DNA of 64,000 nucleotides from Antedon mediterranea (taxonomy: Eukaryota > Animalia > Echinodermata): NCBI RefSeq assembly GCF_964355755.1, contig NC_092674.1, positions 13,826,001 to 13,890,000 on the forward strand. Reading direction: 5' to 3'. The notes beneath the pieces were generated by a model. It searched no databases, was not told the DNA's origin, and saw only the letters and a program-made list of their open reading frames with translations. Made by a program: the position numbers and the translations under genes. The first letter of the stretch is position 1. The number at the start of each line of letters is the position of its first letter. Positions 27,371 through 40,750 of the stretch are shown piece by piece.

Positions 27371-30300
27371 TTAGTAAAGTGATCTCTAATCAATTAAATT
27401 GAAAGTATACGTGAAGCATAATTAACAATACATTTGAGTTCCAACTTATCCTTACATGTCGTCCCGGTAAACCATGCAACAATGATAAAAGTGACAATAC
27501 TTTCAATGACCGATTTATAAAAAAAAGACGTAGGCCTGATGGGAGGTTTAACTTCAATATATTTAAGTCTATGCAAAAAGTAAAAACGTTGAGCATGGGC
27601 CTTAGTAATAATACTTATTGTCGTGCCATTTAAGATCTCTAGTGATATATTTACAATGTCAATTCCAGAGGGGGTATTTCATATTATAGGTGATTTACAT
27701 TTTGTGTTATAAAATGTCGAGTGTTTCACCTGCTTTGATAGAAACTATACTGTAATGAGTTGAAAATGTAAACATATTATTGTATTGGTAAACACATGAT
27801 GTACTGCAAACCAAACTAGTGTATTTGTGCACATAATAGTAGGTGACATTTGTAATTGAGACCGTTATATTTGACACGAAAACATGTGAACTCATAAAAA
27901 ACGTACATAATCATATAATGTAGTACATTTTGAATGTTGACATGACATGATAAACATAAACATGTTCCTTCTAACATAGATTTTTCTCAGATTACTTAGA
28001 TTTCGTTCTTAAATACGGTATATTGTTTTATTTATTGTAATGCCATGTGTTCTCTACATGTCGATATAGTTAGGGTACGGACATTTATCTTAGTATTATA
28101 GGGTAACACCGTGGCCTAAAAATATATTGTTTATTATAAAACATAGACCTTTGCAAAAACACTACTTAGTTTATTAATGAAAAAGATCTTAATTGAAATA
28201 TACATTTCAATTAGCTGTACGCGAGTGCAAATAAAACATCTAAATGAATATGTATTTGCAAAAAGCTAAACTTTTGTTTTGGAGAATTGTTGTTGTATTA
28301 GACCACACTACTAAGTAGTTGGTGTAACTTCACATTTATGATATATTGAAACATTATATGATAATTAGTCATAATATGGACCTTTGCAATATACGGTGAT
28401 TTAAAATTCAGAGTTTTAGTATTATAGTATTACAGTTGAACCCCCATGAGCGGTCACCTCCCGAAAGCTGCCTCCCTTAACGGCCGTACTTTCGAAAAGC
28501 CTGTTTGTTCTTCATCTAAATATTGGACCATCTCACGTGAGCGGCCGCGGAAAATTTGTTTACAACACATTATTTGTATGGTAAATTACCTCCCGTAAGC
28601 GGCTACACAACAACAATACATGGCGTAATCGGCCACTTTTCAATTTCATAAAATAAGGCAATTAATAGGAATTGATACCTTAGTAGTTATAAAAGCCCAG
28701 GTCTTTAGTCTTCTTTAGTTAAGTATGGTCAACAACATGAATTCCAGAAAAGTGAGTGCTAAATTAAACAAAATTTGAACTTATCAAGCCCACATTTTTT
28801 TCGCAAATACTGTAGGAGCAAATCCAAGCCTAAGCAACCAAAGAAAAGATATTTAGGCCTAGCCTAGATGTCATAAGTAAGCCCGTTAATTACAATTTTC
28901 ACGGTTGGTCTCTTCGGAAAATAGAGAACCATACGAACCTCTCTTGACTTGGGCTTGTCATTCACCTTGACGAGTTCGAGTTATCCTCGTTAACGCACAC
29001 CCTGCAACTAACATGAAATACACATACAGTACTCTATGACGCGAACAAATATGTTTATAGTGTTCTGAATTGTGTCTATTCTGTGTCATACAATATTAAG
29101 TACGAATAACCAATAAGTAAAGGTTAATATTCTATTCTGTTCCGTTTATTCAGTAAAGCCTAAATTTCATATTAGATATGACGTTACTTTTCATTATGAT
29201 GACCCGATTACGAAATCAGCAACAGTTGACCACATACGAATGACAATCGGTTCTTTTTAGTGGGCTGAATTATTAACATTAATTTATTTAAACGGCCACC
29301 AACTGTCAGCTCAGTTTAATAAAACTAAGTCAAACTTTTACAGAGAATTTGACATGAAAACGTTTACAGATACAATATCATTTCACTATAAATCTTTGAT
29401 ATCATGTGTATATAAACAACTCTGGATGTGTTTACAATTGCCATGTCACGGGAATACGGTTGAGTTTCATAGAAAACAAAGTTGTAGAGATTATAAGTTT
29501 CTGAAATATACTGTAGTGCTGCTGTGTTATCGGAGAAAGTATATACTCTATATAATCATTATTTTATTGGCGTCACTTTACTGATATCGTTTTTCTTTTT
29601 AAGATTTTCAATTCTAATATAATTAATACTGACAATTTATTTAATATTCGTAATCAAAACGTGTTACTCGTAGCTCTTCTTCTGTTGGTACTCTTTTTGA
29701 TATTCGTCGCTTCAGAACTGAATCTTCTTTTCAATCATATATCCCACGTGTTACCATAATTTGGAATAACTTAGCTAGTGAAATCCGCAACTTAAATATT
29801 TCTGTAAAACCAAATTACTTAATTATCTCAATATTTATTTTTTAAATAATTTTGATATTGAAAATGTGTGTAGTTGGTCGCTTTATTGTAGATGCTTTAA
29901 TTGTAGAACGTATTTTTTTTATTTTTCTTATATTTTTCTGTTCTGGGTTGACCAACTAGCATAGGTATTTAGCACCTGTTAGGTCTTTCCGTGCCTCCTT
30001 TTATAATGTTTATATCTTCTTTGTTATGTATATGGCAGAAATTGAATAAATAAATAAATAAATAAATATACAGTATGTATTCAATTATCTCAACACAAAT
30101 ACCAATTGAAATGCCATGGTTTCTGTGATTAGTTCTTTAGTTCTTTAAAATATGTCTACTATAATCTTTCCATCTCTTCTGAAAACTGTTTTCAATACAA
30201 TCAATTGCATGTTGTAGATACAAACAAGGAAAACGCTTATTCATCATTACTAACAAGTAAGTTATCAATGCTAGTTATTTCTTCAGGTTGATGTACTTAC

Positions 30301-30489
30301 ATTTCCATCACATAACCCTTACCTTTTATCACGTAAAATATTAAGAGTACACGCCTGTTCATGTGCGCCATATTATTGCTCATATATTCTTTACTAAAAT
30401 AATTTTTCAAGCACGTTAATGTATTGATTCAACATTACTTAGTTTATCGATATTGGGGTTGTATTATTCATATGAAGTAATAATATTTA

Positions 30490-30921
30490 CTAGGTCAACA
30501 CTCGGGAAACCAAATTTTCTGGAAAAAAGCAATGGATTTGATACTGCATGACATTTTTTTCTGTTATTAAACCATAATAGGAAGTAAAAATAAAATGTCA
30601 ACTATTGCTATATTCTGAGGTTAAAGGTCACCAAATACAGGCCAAAAATACAAAAAAAAATCATATTTTTTAAATAAAACCATTATAATAGTTTAGATTC
30701 ACGGTGATTCTAGAAACAGCAGCGAATTGTTTTTGCTCTTTTAAATTGAAATTTTCCAGTTTCCATTGTTACAAGACACTATTAAAATTTACCAAACATA
30801 ACATTATTAGTCGATTTATATTTAAGATGTCTTCTTCCTAAACAATATTAAAAAGTTTGGATTGCCAAATTTACCATTTTTGAACTTTTGGCACACTTTG
30901 AATTGATTCTGTCCCACTGTG
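30490..30921 (-). mobile_element. Possible Transib-like element end (CACAGTG terminus)
   Basis: Minus strand starts CACAGTGGGACAG at 30921; lies in a ~790-bp block absent from the paralog; partner TIR not found. Confidence 0.35.
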
Positions 30922-31492
30922 CCATGGGCCAAGAGCTATTCCTTTATTATTTTATTTTTTTTTAATCGGTAATCGTGACCCTTTATAACTTTTTGTTGTA
31001 TATGATGTTCCAGCGTGCTACTTATTATTCTAGACATTGGAATAGTAAACAACTAAATAAAAGTGACATTGGGTAGACTTGTAAATGGTAGTTGCGAATG
31101 AATTGCCGTTTCTTACAAAGGGAGCATACCGCCTCTCGAAACTACGTATTTTGGTACCTGGATGTGTATAGCATGGCCCCCGGATGTCTACGCGTGAACT
31201 GGGCCAACTTCTAAATATATTTACTCTATAAATATTTCTTACAGAGGAACACCGCCAGATGAAGTGCATCCTATCACTAATAAGTAACTTGATTCAGATT
31301 TTGGTACTTCTAACTACAGGACAGATATTGACGCGTAAACCACAATGAAAATGAGTTTTACTGTAATATTAAATATATTTGTTACTAGAAATTAATTTGA
31401 TAAAACATATTCTACAAAATTAGTAGACCTAATCGTTTTCCTTTAATAAATTAAGGGGGTGGGGACACGTGTTTGTTTATGAGTGAGAATCA

Positions 31493-31702
31493 ATAAGGCA
31501 TTTAGTTAAAATGCAGACCGTCTTAAATTACTTGACATGTTCCGATAAATATATTCTCATCATCAGAACTGTAATCAAAGCCTAGAGTACTTGTATACGT
31601 ACAAAGTTGCGTTTAAATGAGTCAATAATTAGCATGAGAATAGATGTATCGAAACATGTCACGTAATTTTAAGACGGTCCACATTTTCATTAAATGCATT
31701 AT
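31493..31702. mobile_element. Penelope-like inverted repeat, second copy
   Basis: Paralog of 3872-4081; the minus arm reads CTGATGATGAGAATATATTTATCGGAACATGTCAAG. Confidence 0.55.
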
Positions 31703-34700
31703 GATATTATTGATTATCAATCGTAATCTGGTGGTATTATACATGATGTGCCTGTTTATGTACAGTGAAAGAGCTTATTTTAGGAGGCCTAATAGTAATT
31801 ATTAAAATATTTTCTATATAAGAGAATATGGTATTTCAAATCAGGTACAAAAGCCGACGATCCAAGCGAATTACATGTTTAAAAAAATCGGAAAACACCC
31901 ATTTGTTATTTTCAAAACACATTGCAAGTCCGATGACATGCGTGACTGGCGGAACAAAGCAACAAAAATGAAAAACGAAAATGGCATGTTGTGTTTTCTG
32001 TAGTGCTACAGTAATTAGTGTTTCAGATACCACCATTGACAGTAGCAGAATTGTGTGTTAATTTGAAGCTCACATATAAACGGTCAATGAAATCCTCGTG
32101 AAACATTATTTAAGCTTATTCACTATAGGCCTAGTATATTTAAATTATCTACTTATTAATTTATTTATATATTGTTTTCTCTTTTTACTTGGTTAGATGA
32201 AACTTGTTACCGAGAAACAACAAACATTCTAGTTGAAATTGTTTATGTATACCCACAGATTGCACTATTTTCTGTATACTTAATTAGGTACTCTTTTCGT
32301 ACATGTGTTGCTGTTGGAAATAGATAAATATTTCACTTCAATTATTTTCCAAAATAGTGGTACACAACAATGAAAGAAAATGTGAAAACAACATTTTTGT
32401 TACGTTTTTGTCATTAGAAATATTCTTGCGACTGAGGTGAACTTCGAAAATGCCGGTCAGATATAAAAAAAGTTACAAGGAATAAATTAGCAATTGTCAA
32501 CTGCATACTCATCCATCAAACTAGCCGCCATCGAGCAAATATTCAATTCCATGAATCTTATGAGGGTTAGTTTTATAGGACAATAGTACTTTTTTTATAT
32601 TTGTTTTGGCAATTAATGCAATTAAAGCGTACGTAATTCGTCATATTCCATTTGGAATACTACGTCCTGTAAAATGACTAGAATGTTCTGATTTGTTAAT
32701 TTTTAGATTATATTATATACAGAATTATATATTATTTAGAATGTTCGGGTGGCATTCCATGCATGCGGCTTTTGGCTTTAATGAAAGTCCTTTTGTATAT
32801 TTTTTGCTTTGTAATTTTTTTTATGGATCAAATAAACTGACTTGTGTGACTTGTATTTCGGCGCCTTTACACGTATCAATTTATCGCATCCCATCATATT
32901 ACTATTGAAACCAAATTTAAACATTTCAACAAGCTTTTTATGATCGTCACAAAATGCCAAGATACATTAAAAGAACGCTCATCGTCAGATCAAATAATCA
33001 AACAAAAAATGATGCTGTTGTGATGTCGGTGGTGGGTGTTAGGTTTGGCGGCGTTAATTCGAGGGAGGAATTTTTTTGTAACATTTTATAATAAAATAGA
33101 TTCCCCTAGATATGAACAAGTACAATACAGTGTTTGATATTATCAAGAAGTGATAACAGTTAACAGTTGTATGAAAATGCTTGGTAAATAAATATGATAT
33201 AGCAGTCAATGAATTATTCAACAAGTATAATTGTGTTTGCTTATAATACAATATTGTGCGTATAAATGTACGTGGCGGGGCGTTTATTAGAGGGCGGAGG
33301 CTGGATATTCCAAAGATGGTTTTTTTTGGGAGGGGCGTTTATTCAAATAAATGCGGTAGGCTTAATTGGTATAATCAATACATTATTTAGTTCTAATCAA
33401 ACACCAAATAATGACAATCATCAGTGGGCCGTTAATAAGAAACACGTTTTAAACGGATTGCAACATGGGCCAAAGCACCCGTGTCTCAATGGCGATGCAG
33501 TACATGCAGATAGCGCGCATTCTGTTCAAACCTAACAACAACTCAACAACTCGTGTAACATTCGGCCATATCGATTTCTGATATAATTTTATATACTAAT
33601 TTTACAATTTTCCCTGCAAAATACTTCGATGATTTTTTAATATAATGGATTTGTTTTTTCCTTTTTTTTTCTTTTTTTTTACAGTATAATTTTATTTTGT
33701 TTAAAATACAGGCGTTGGCCGTGAAAAAAAAAATCAAAATATATGTGTCACCCTTAACGGAAGAGAGCAAAAACTACATCAACCCGGAAATCACGAAATC
33801 ACTAATTTTATACCGCCGACGAATGAAAATCTGCCGATGAAATCAGAAAGGTTGTTTTAAAACCTTTATAATATCTGTCTAAGAGAGAAATTTTATTAAA
33901 TCTACGTTTCGCGGTACATCTGAGATAGACAATGTAGGTACGCCTGTGTAAGGCGGAAATATTTTTCCATTGTGCTCAGAAGTAACCATAAGTATAAATA
34001 CACTAACATCGTGGAGCACATTTAGCTCGTAGTATCATGTACGGTAAGTCACAAACATATTAGTGAAATGCACAACATTGCAGTAATAGTTATTAATTCA
34101 TATAGGTTATGAAATAATCAAATTAAACAAAGGTCTATCCTTACACGTACGAAAAAAAACACCAACAGTTATCTAACAACACGTATTCCTTACTTTCGCG
34201 CAAACACTGAAAGAACGAATGATTCTATATTATGCTTAATTCTGGAATAGGTATGCACAATGTAAAACGCATAACACCAACTCCGTGTCGGTTCTTACAC
34301 CAGCTGTTCCATGCGTCTAATGTCTTAGAAAAGATAGTATTAGTGTGTTTAATGTCTTATGTAATCGGTAGACTTTTAACAGTCAGCGGTAAAGTTACTT
34401 CCGAGTTCCTCTGTACAAAACGCTTGCAGCTGTCCCACATGTGAACGTGACATGTACATTTGATATACATTTGAGTCAAGATATTTCATGTTTCTCTCTA
34501 AAAACGTCAATATGAATTAATTTTTATTAAATATATTATAGAATACTGGTTTGGCTATTTAATATTATTGTGACTCAGACTGTTTAAAACTTAATGAAGA
34601 AATAGCTCATAATGTTTAATATGTTAAAAATTCTGTATACACTACGATAGGACGTGACGTTATTATTATATTACATTTGTAGACTATGCATAAATATTAT

Positions 34701-35072
34701 AATGTACCGCGATGGTAAGACTCGCATAAAAATTAATAATATTACAAGTAATAAATATTAATTTATAAAGATTAAACAAGTTATTACAAAGTGTGACATC
34801 AATTGTGACAAAACCTTGGTTAATCTGACTTTGCAATGTCAAGATTAACCATGACGAGGCAGTGGTGTTCCGAACCATGTGAGGGACACAACCGTGCATT
34901 TCTCGACAATTTAGTCATCCTCGCCACAAAAATGGTCTGTAATATGACCCGCGATGTGCTTGCTTCATTTAGGTATGTTATTATTGGCACGCCGTTTAAA
35001 TTGTAAAATTAAACACTTTTTTAAATCACACTGAATTATATAGCACATATTATTTATGTGTTTAACACTTAC

Positions 35073-35128
35073 TTTGGCCTGAAGATCCAATTTAGCACCT
35101 TCCTTGAGCAAAAAGGTGACGCCCCATT
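35073..35128 (-). pseudogene. Ankyrin exon E3 with a 43-nt internal deletion (frameshifting)
   Basis: ATCAG| 56 nt |GTAAGT; NGASP fused out of frame to LLKEGAKLDLQAK; flanks homologous to E1 and E2. Confidence 0.9.
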
Positions 35129-36021
35129 CTGATATTATTACAAACATTATGTTATAGTATTTTTTCTGTCTAAACAAAGTATTATAATATTGTCCTGTAA
35201 TCAATACGATGTTATCAATTAAACGTTATAGATTTAAATAATGCTACATAGTTAAATGAAATAAAGAGTAATCTAACCCTTTTCTTTAAGATAATGTATT
35301 GTATACATATACATTTTTGTCTTTCTTGTAGGCCTATAACATTTTTTTACAGTGTTTTATAAATTTATAAAACAAATAAGTGTTTTTTTTTCTTTTTTGG
35401 CCTGAAAAGTAAACACTTCATCCGGTAGTGCTAACTAGTCTGAATGTAAACTGGCAGTTACAGCTAAACATATATCTAGGCTCCAAATTCTGTTCAGGTA
35501 ACACATTTTGACTGCAAAATTCTTACTATTGGTTTCATTTTACCTTTACTTGGATTAGATTAGATTACGCAATCTATTACGAGAGTTGATGGACTTTTTC
35601 TTTGAACGTCAAAATAGTTCATTGGATAGGTTGGGTCTTGCAAAATGTAATGTGTTTCCTCAGTGAAGTCTCTTATAAAAATGAATCAAATTGAGATTTG
35701 CTTAATTATAACTACTGTAAGTGAAGCATAACTAAAAATACGTTCCAGCTAATTCTTACATAGTGAATAATGAGAATATTTTTAATGACAGATTTATAAA
35801 AAAAATACTTAGGCCTATGGGAGGGTTAACTACAAAATATTTGAGTATACGCAAAGGTAAAGTCTATTTGATACTCTCAGTAATGAGGTCGTGCCAATTA
35901 AGATTACTACGGTAGTGATTTATTTGCAATCTCAACTTCAGATTGGGTACCGTACCGTATTTAATGATTTAGGTGATTTTCCTTTTTTCGTGGGTTACTT
36001 TGGGTTGAATATACTGTATGG

Positions 36022-39000
36022 CAACACGGAGCCGAAAGTGCGGCTGACATACCCTCGAATTTGAGTTTCCTTTATTTTGTAACATAGGACGATTTATTTT
36101 AACCTGTTATGTTTTCATGTAGGAGTATTGCTTAGTTTTTTTTCTCGTTGCTGTCCGTGAACCTGTATTGTGAAATTTGTGAGTTTTCCTTCCGTAAAAA
36201 CAACCTAATTTCTAGGCCGCATTTTCGCTTGACTGAGCAGGAAAATGTTGACACCAAACGATCATACACGTGACGAACTACAACAAACTGCCTCAGTTGA
36301 TCGCTATGAGAGGCCTAGAATTAGACCACGTAAAAGAGGCCATAGAGCTGGAAAGAATAAGTATAGACCCACTCTTAGCTAATGGCAAAGTGAATATCGG
36401 TACTATACCAACGATTATTAACTATAACCGTACGGAATGTCGTAGACCAGCGAAGTCAGCCATTTTGGATAATTTAGTTGTTTTGAGTTCAGGAAGATGG
36501 AATTTCCCGTCACTTTTCATGACTAATGCTCTGTCCATCTGTAACAAAATGGAAGAGCTAAGATGTCGAATTAAAGACTGCCATCCGGAATTGATCGCTA
36601 TTACTGAAACGAAGGTTCGTGACGGTATTGTACTTGACAACATTGTGTCAATCGATAATTTTAATATTGTTAGACGCGACCAAATAGATAGATTAGGTGG
36701 AGGAGTAATGCTGTACATTAACCAGTCGCTGCCTTTCAAATATCATTGTGACCTTAATGATGCCAATTTTGAGACGGTATGGGTCACGTTATTTCCTAAA
36801 AGATTGCCTAGATCGATTGCTAATATCACCGTAGAGGTGGTGTACCACCCACCTGGCTCCAATGATAGAGCGATGTCTTCTCATATCATTCATTGCATGT
36901 ATACCATCAGACTAAAGCACCCAGGCACAGGTTTTATTGTCACTGGAGACTTTAACCGTCTAAAAGACTGTGAGCTTAAACGATACCCTCTACAGCAAAT
37001 TGTATCGAAACCAACACGAGGCAATGCTAAACTCGATTTGATTTACACGAATATGGCAGAATTTTTTAGTGAACCATTTATTCAGCCGGGCATGGGTCTA
37101 TCGGATCATCAAGTTGTAATTTGTAGACCAAAGGCTACTATAATTGTAAAAGACCCTACCACCATAACGTTTAAGAAGAGAGTTGTTACTCAGAACGCGA
37201 AAGATATTTTTTACGCGAACTCAATGATGTTAATTGGCATGACTTATATCGCCTCCCTTCATGTGAATATCAATTCAATGTTTACAGCTCAGTGTTGAAT
37301 CAACTTATTGATAAACACTTTCCAGAGAAAATTTGTACGAAGACCACCCAGGACAAACCATGGGTTATCCATAAGTTCAAGTCGCTTATTCGCAAACGGT
37401 AAAATGCCTTAAACAATAACCAGCAATGTCTTTACAAATACTTGCGTAACCGAGTGAATCGGATGTCAAAGTCGCTACGGAAGAAATTTTATGAAAAGAA
37501 AGTGTGTTCTCTTAACTCGGCTAATACAAAAAGCTGGTGGCGACAAACAAAACAGTTCCTCGGACTTGAGTCGACCGGAGACAACCTCTCGGGTCTAGCA
37601 AATGAACTATACGATGGCAATATGACTTGGCTGAAGAGATCAATTTGTTTCTCCAATCCATAACGTCGGCTTTTGAACCCATTGCACATCCACATCCAGC
37701 AGGAGTTGTACCTGACCATCTGTATATCCCTGTCGAGGCAATGGAATGTAAGCTGAGATCAGTCCAAGTTAACAAGGCAATAGGCCCCGACAATATTCCA
37801 ACATGGATTCTTCGAGATGGAGCACACAGTCCCGACGGTCCCCTTTGCGCTATTGTCAACTCAAGTCTAAGAGAGTCGTATATCCCGGATGACTGGAAAA
37901 TGGCTAATATTGTGCCAATACCGAAAATAAATCCCCCTCGCTGTGTCCAAACCGATCTCCGACCCATTTCGTTAATATCTGTAGCTGCAAAAATTGTAGA
38001 GAGCTTAATTGGTAGTTTTGTATGGGACCAGCTGAAAGACAAACTATTAAACAACCAATTTGGTAGCTCAAAGGGGGTCTCAACAACTGACGCCCTCATC
38101 TCATTATTGCTTCACTGGTACCAAGTCACTGATGCTGGCGAGGAAGTACGTGCTCTCCTATTGAATTTTAGCAAAGCGTATGATATGATCGACCACCACA
38201 TTTTAATTAGAAAGTTAAAGAACATAGGTATCGACGGAGTTATTGTAGCATGGATTCAAGCTTTTCTTGCAGATAGAAAACACAGAGTGAAATTGAAGAA
38301 TGTCTTCTCACCCTGGCTAATACCAAACGGAGGAATCCCACAAGGATCATGGCTTGGTCCAATCCTGTGTGTTGCCTTCATTGATGACCGCCAGGTCGAT
38401 CTGCCGCTTATGAAATAATGGACGATACAACATTTTACCAAAGATATAATAAGAACTCCGAGTGCAAAATTCAAGATAGTATGAATAGTATATTTAAATG
38501 GTGCGAAGAAAATGATATGAAACTGAATGGGAAAAAAATCGGTTGAACTGCGCATTACATGCAAGAAAACACCAACTGAGTTTGACCCAGTCACTGTGAA
38601 TGGATCTGAAGTCAAGTGTGTTGAGTATGCAAAGTTACTAGGTGTCAATCTTGACCGTAAATTGTCGTGACCGGAACTGCTCCGATACTATCAAGCAGTG
38701 ATACGACCAGTTCTCAAATATGCCTGTGTTGTTTGGTCCCCGAGTTTATCCAAAGCACAATCTGACCAAATCGAACATGTCCAAAGAAGAGCGTGTAACA
38801 TAATATGCCCTGATGGTACTAGTCTAGTAGGAAGGAGGGGTTACCGTGCACCCCCATGATGTATCCTTCCTACCCTACTATACCTCGTATGCTGATACCC
38901 GCAGATACCTTAATATCATCACTCTATCTGAACACTGCGAGAAGTTGTCAATAAATTTCTTTGATAAAATGAAAAAAGAAGATCATAGATTACACTCTCT

Positions 39001-39358
39001 CTTACCTAAATCTCCCACACACAACCAACAGCTCCGACGCGTTTGATCGTTCACCCTCCTCAAAGTCAGGACACAACGCACAAAAAACTTCATTACTTTC
39101 CACGGAGTTTTCAATGATTGGTGAATGATCAGAAACTGAGTTATGATAAGAAAATTGTGAACCCATTTTGGTTTATGTTCCTGGATGTACTATGATGGCC
39201 ATTGAAAGACTGATCTGTGGACTATGATATATTTTAGTAACTTGTTTGATTTGTGTTATACTATGGTTTGATTTTTTTGTTTGATAAAGTTTTTTTAAAT
39301 ATTTATGTCAATTTCATCACTGTTTACTTGATGCAATAAAAAGAATTGAATATGAATA
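36022..39358 (+). mobile_element. CR1/L2-group LINE with a disrupted APE-RT ORF
   Basis: APE motifs (ITET, YHPP, GDFN, SDH) in 36270-37298; RT motifs (LRPISL, FSKAYD, GIPQGSWLGP, frameshifted YMDD) in 37627-38430. AATAAA tail; candidate TSD TATGG (36017-36021, 39359-39363); absent in the sister modules near 50000 and 54110. Confidence 0.88.
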
Positions 39359-39374
39359 TATGGTACTGCAAATA

Positions 39375-39737
39375 AGTCAATCTATAATAATAACCCACTA
39401 CTCTAATATTAACCCATGGGGGTTACTATTAGAGTCACAAAAACTTATGATGCAGCTGTATTTTGAAAATAAGGAGATAATGCATGTTGATTTCGGGAGT
39501 GGAGGAGGATTGAGTGTTTTTTAATTCAACCAAATTTGTTTATTCGTACTGTTTTATTATTTTTCTATGAGTTGCTGACCAGAAAAGTTGGGATGGGTTA
39601 CTATTTGCAAGTGCCTAATTTAAGATTAGTAATAGTAACCCATTAATCTAATAGTAATCCCCCTTCCAATAGTTAACCCACCCTAAAAAACAATCAAAGA
39701 ATAATAACCCAGGGTTACAATTAGAAGATTTACGGTA
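39375..39737. mobile_element. pogo/Tigger-like MITE within the module (copies ~50066-50428 and ~54178-54537)
   Basis: Ends ...GGGTTACAATTAGAAGATTTACGG|TA; repeated TAACCC/GGGTTA motifs; left end decayed. Confidence 0.5.
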
Positions 39738-39887
39738 TATAGAGTACTGCTAACCATAATAGTAGGTAACATTTGTTTTATTTGACACGACAAAACATGT
39801 GAACTCCCCAAAAATGTACCGTATTATAGTGTAGTATATTTTAAATGTTGACATGACATAATAAACATTGAAAGTTCTTTCTAACAG

Positions 39888-40399
39888 TCGAAGAAAACGA
39901 TATTATCAAGGCTAACAAGATTGGTCAACTCGAACAAACGGTTGATAAACTATCATCTACGGTTGCGAAGCTCGAACTAGAGGCCAACAAATCCGAACGC
40001 TTCAGCCGACGTAACAACGTTCGAATTGTGGGACTTAAAGAAGAATCAGGTGAGGATTGTGTTGTCTTGGCCAGGAACATTCTAATAGATAACTTTGAAT
40101 TTAGTGAAATACCAACGATAGAGCGTGCACATCGAGTCGGTCCTGTACTGCCGGTGAGGCCCCGACACATCATAATTAAACTACTTAGTTATAACTCTAA
40201 AGTTCAAGTCATGAAACAGAAGAATATTGCCTTACAATATAAACAGTTTTACGTGATAGATGATCTGACCTTAGTGGATTATTAAGAAAAGAAGAAATGG
40301 AAATTTCAAGTTAAAGCTTTATATGACAATGGAACTAAACTTAAATTCTCTGCTGGTAAATGGCGAACTTCTACGGGGACTCCCTATATATTCAAGTAA
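39888..40399 (+). pseudogene. LINE ORF1 (coiled coil plus L1-type RRM), truncated, one internal stop
   Basis: ...LELEANKSERFSRRNNVRIVGLKE...IERAHRVG...RPRHIIIKL...; stop at 40283-40285, and the frame continues to 40399. Confidence 0.8.
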
Positions 40400-40750
40400 C
40401 TTTTACGGTGTTTTGAGGAACTGGGATATGAATGGTTTCTTTTTCTCTGCCTTCTTTCATTTTGTAATGTCAGTATATTTAACCTGGCTTTGCTTGTTTA
40501 AATTCCAAGCATGTCCGCTACGTACCATTATGCAAATTATACCTTTGCATACCCGGTTGCATACCTAATGAATTATTCTCCGTTTTATACACGCGGGGAG
40601 TGCAACGCTTACGCTACCTATGTATTAGTAATACGGCAGCACTAAACAGAATTGTTTTATGTTTAATTATTGTTATATTTAGTTTTTTATTTTATTATAT
40701 TATTGTTAACTTTTACCTAATGTTTAAATTATCTATGATACCTATAATTA

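Larger units (their letters stand above)
27490..35072. repeat. Long-form ankyrin module intron leading to exon E3
   Basis: 27490-28400 matches 35770-36021, 39360-39887 and 44120-44720 in order; 28360-35072 matches 1-6475. Confidence 0.9.

Noticed and set aside
36422-38648. Minus-strand ORFs 36422-36739, 37521-38099 and 38256-38648
   Set aside because: Antisense shadows of the LINE APE-RT coding sequence.
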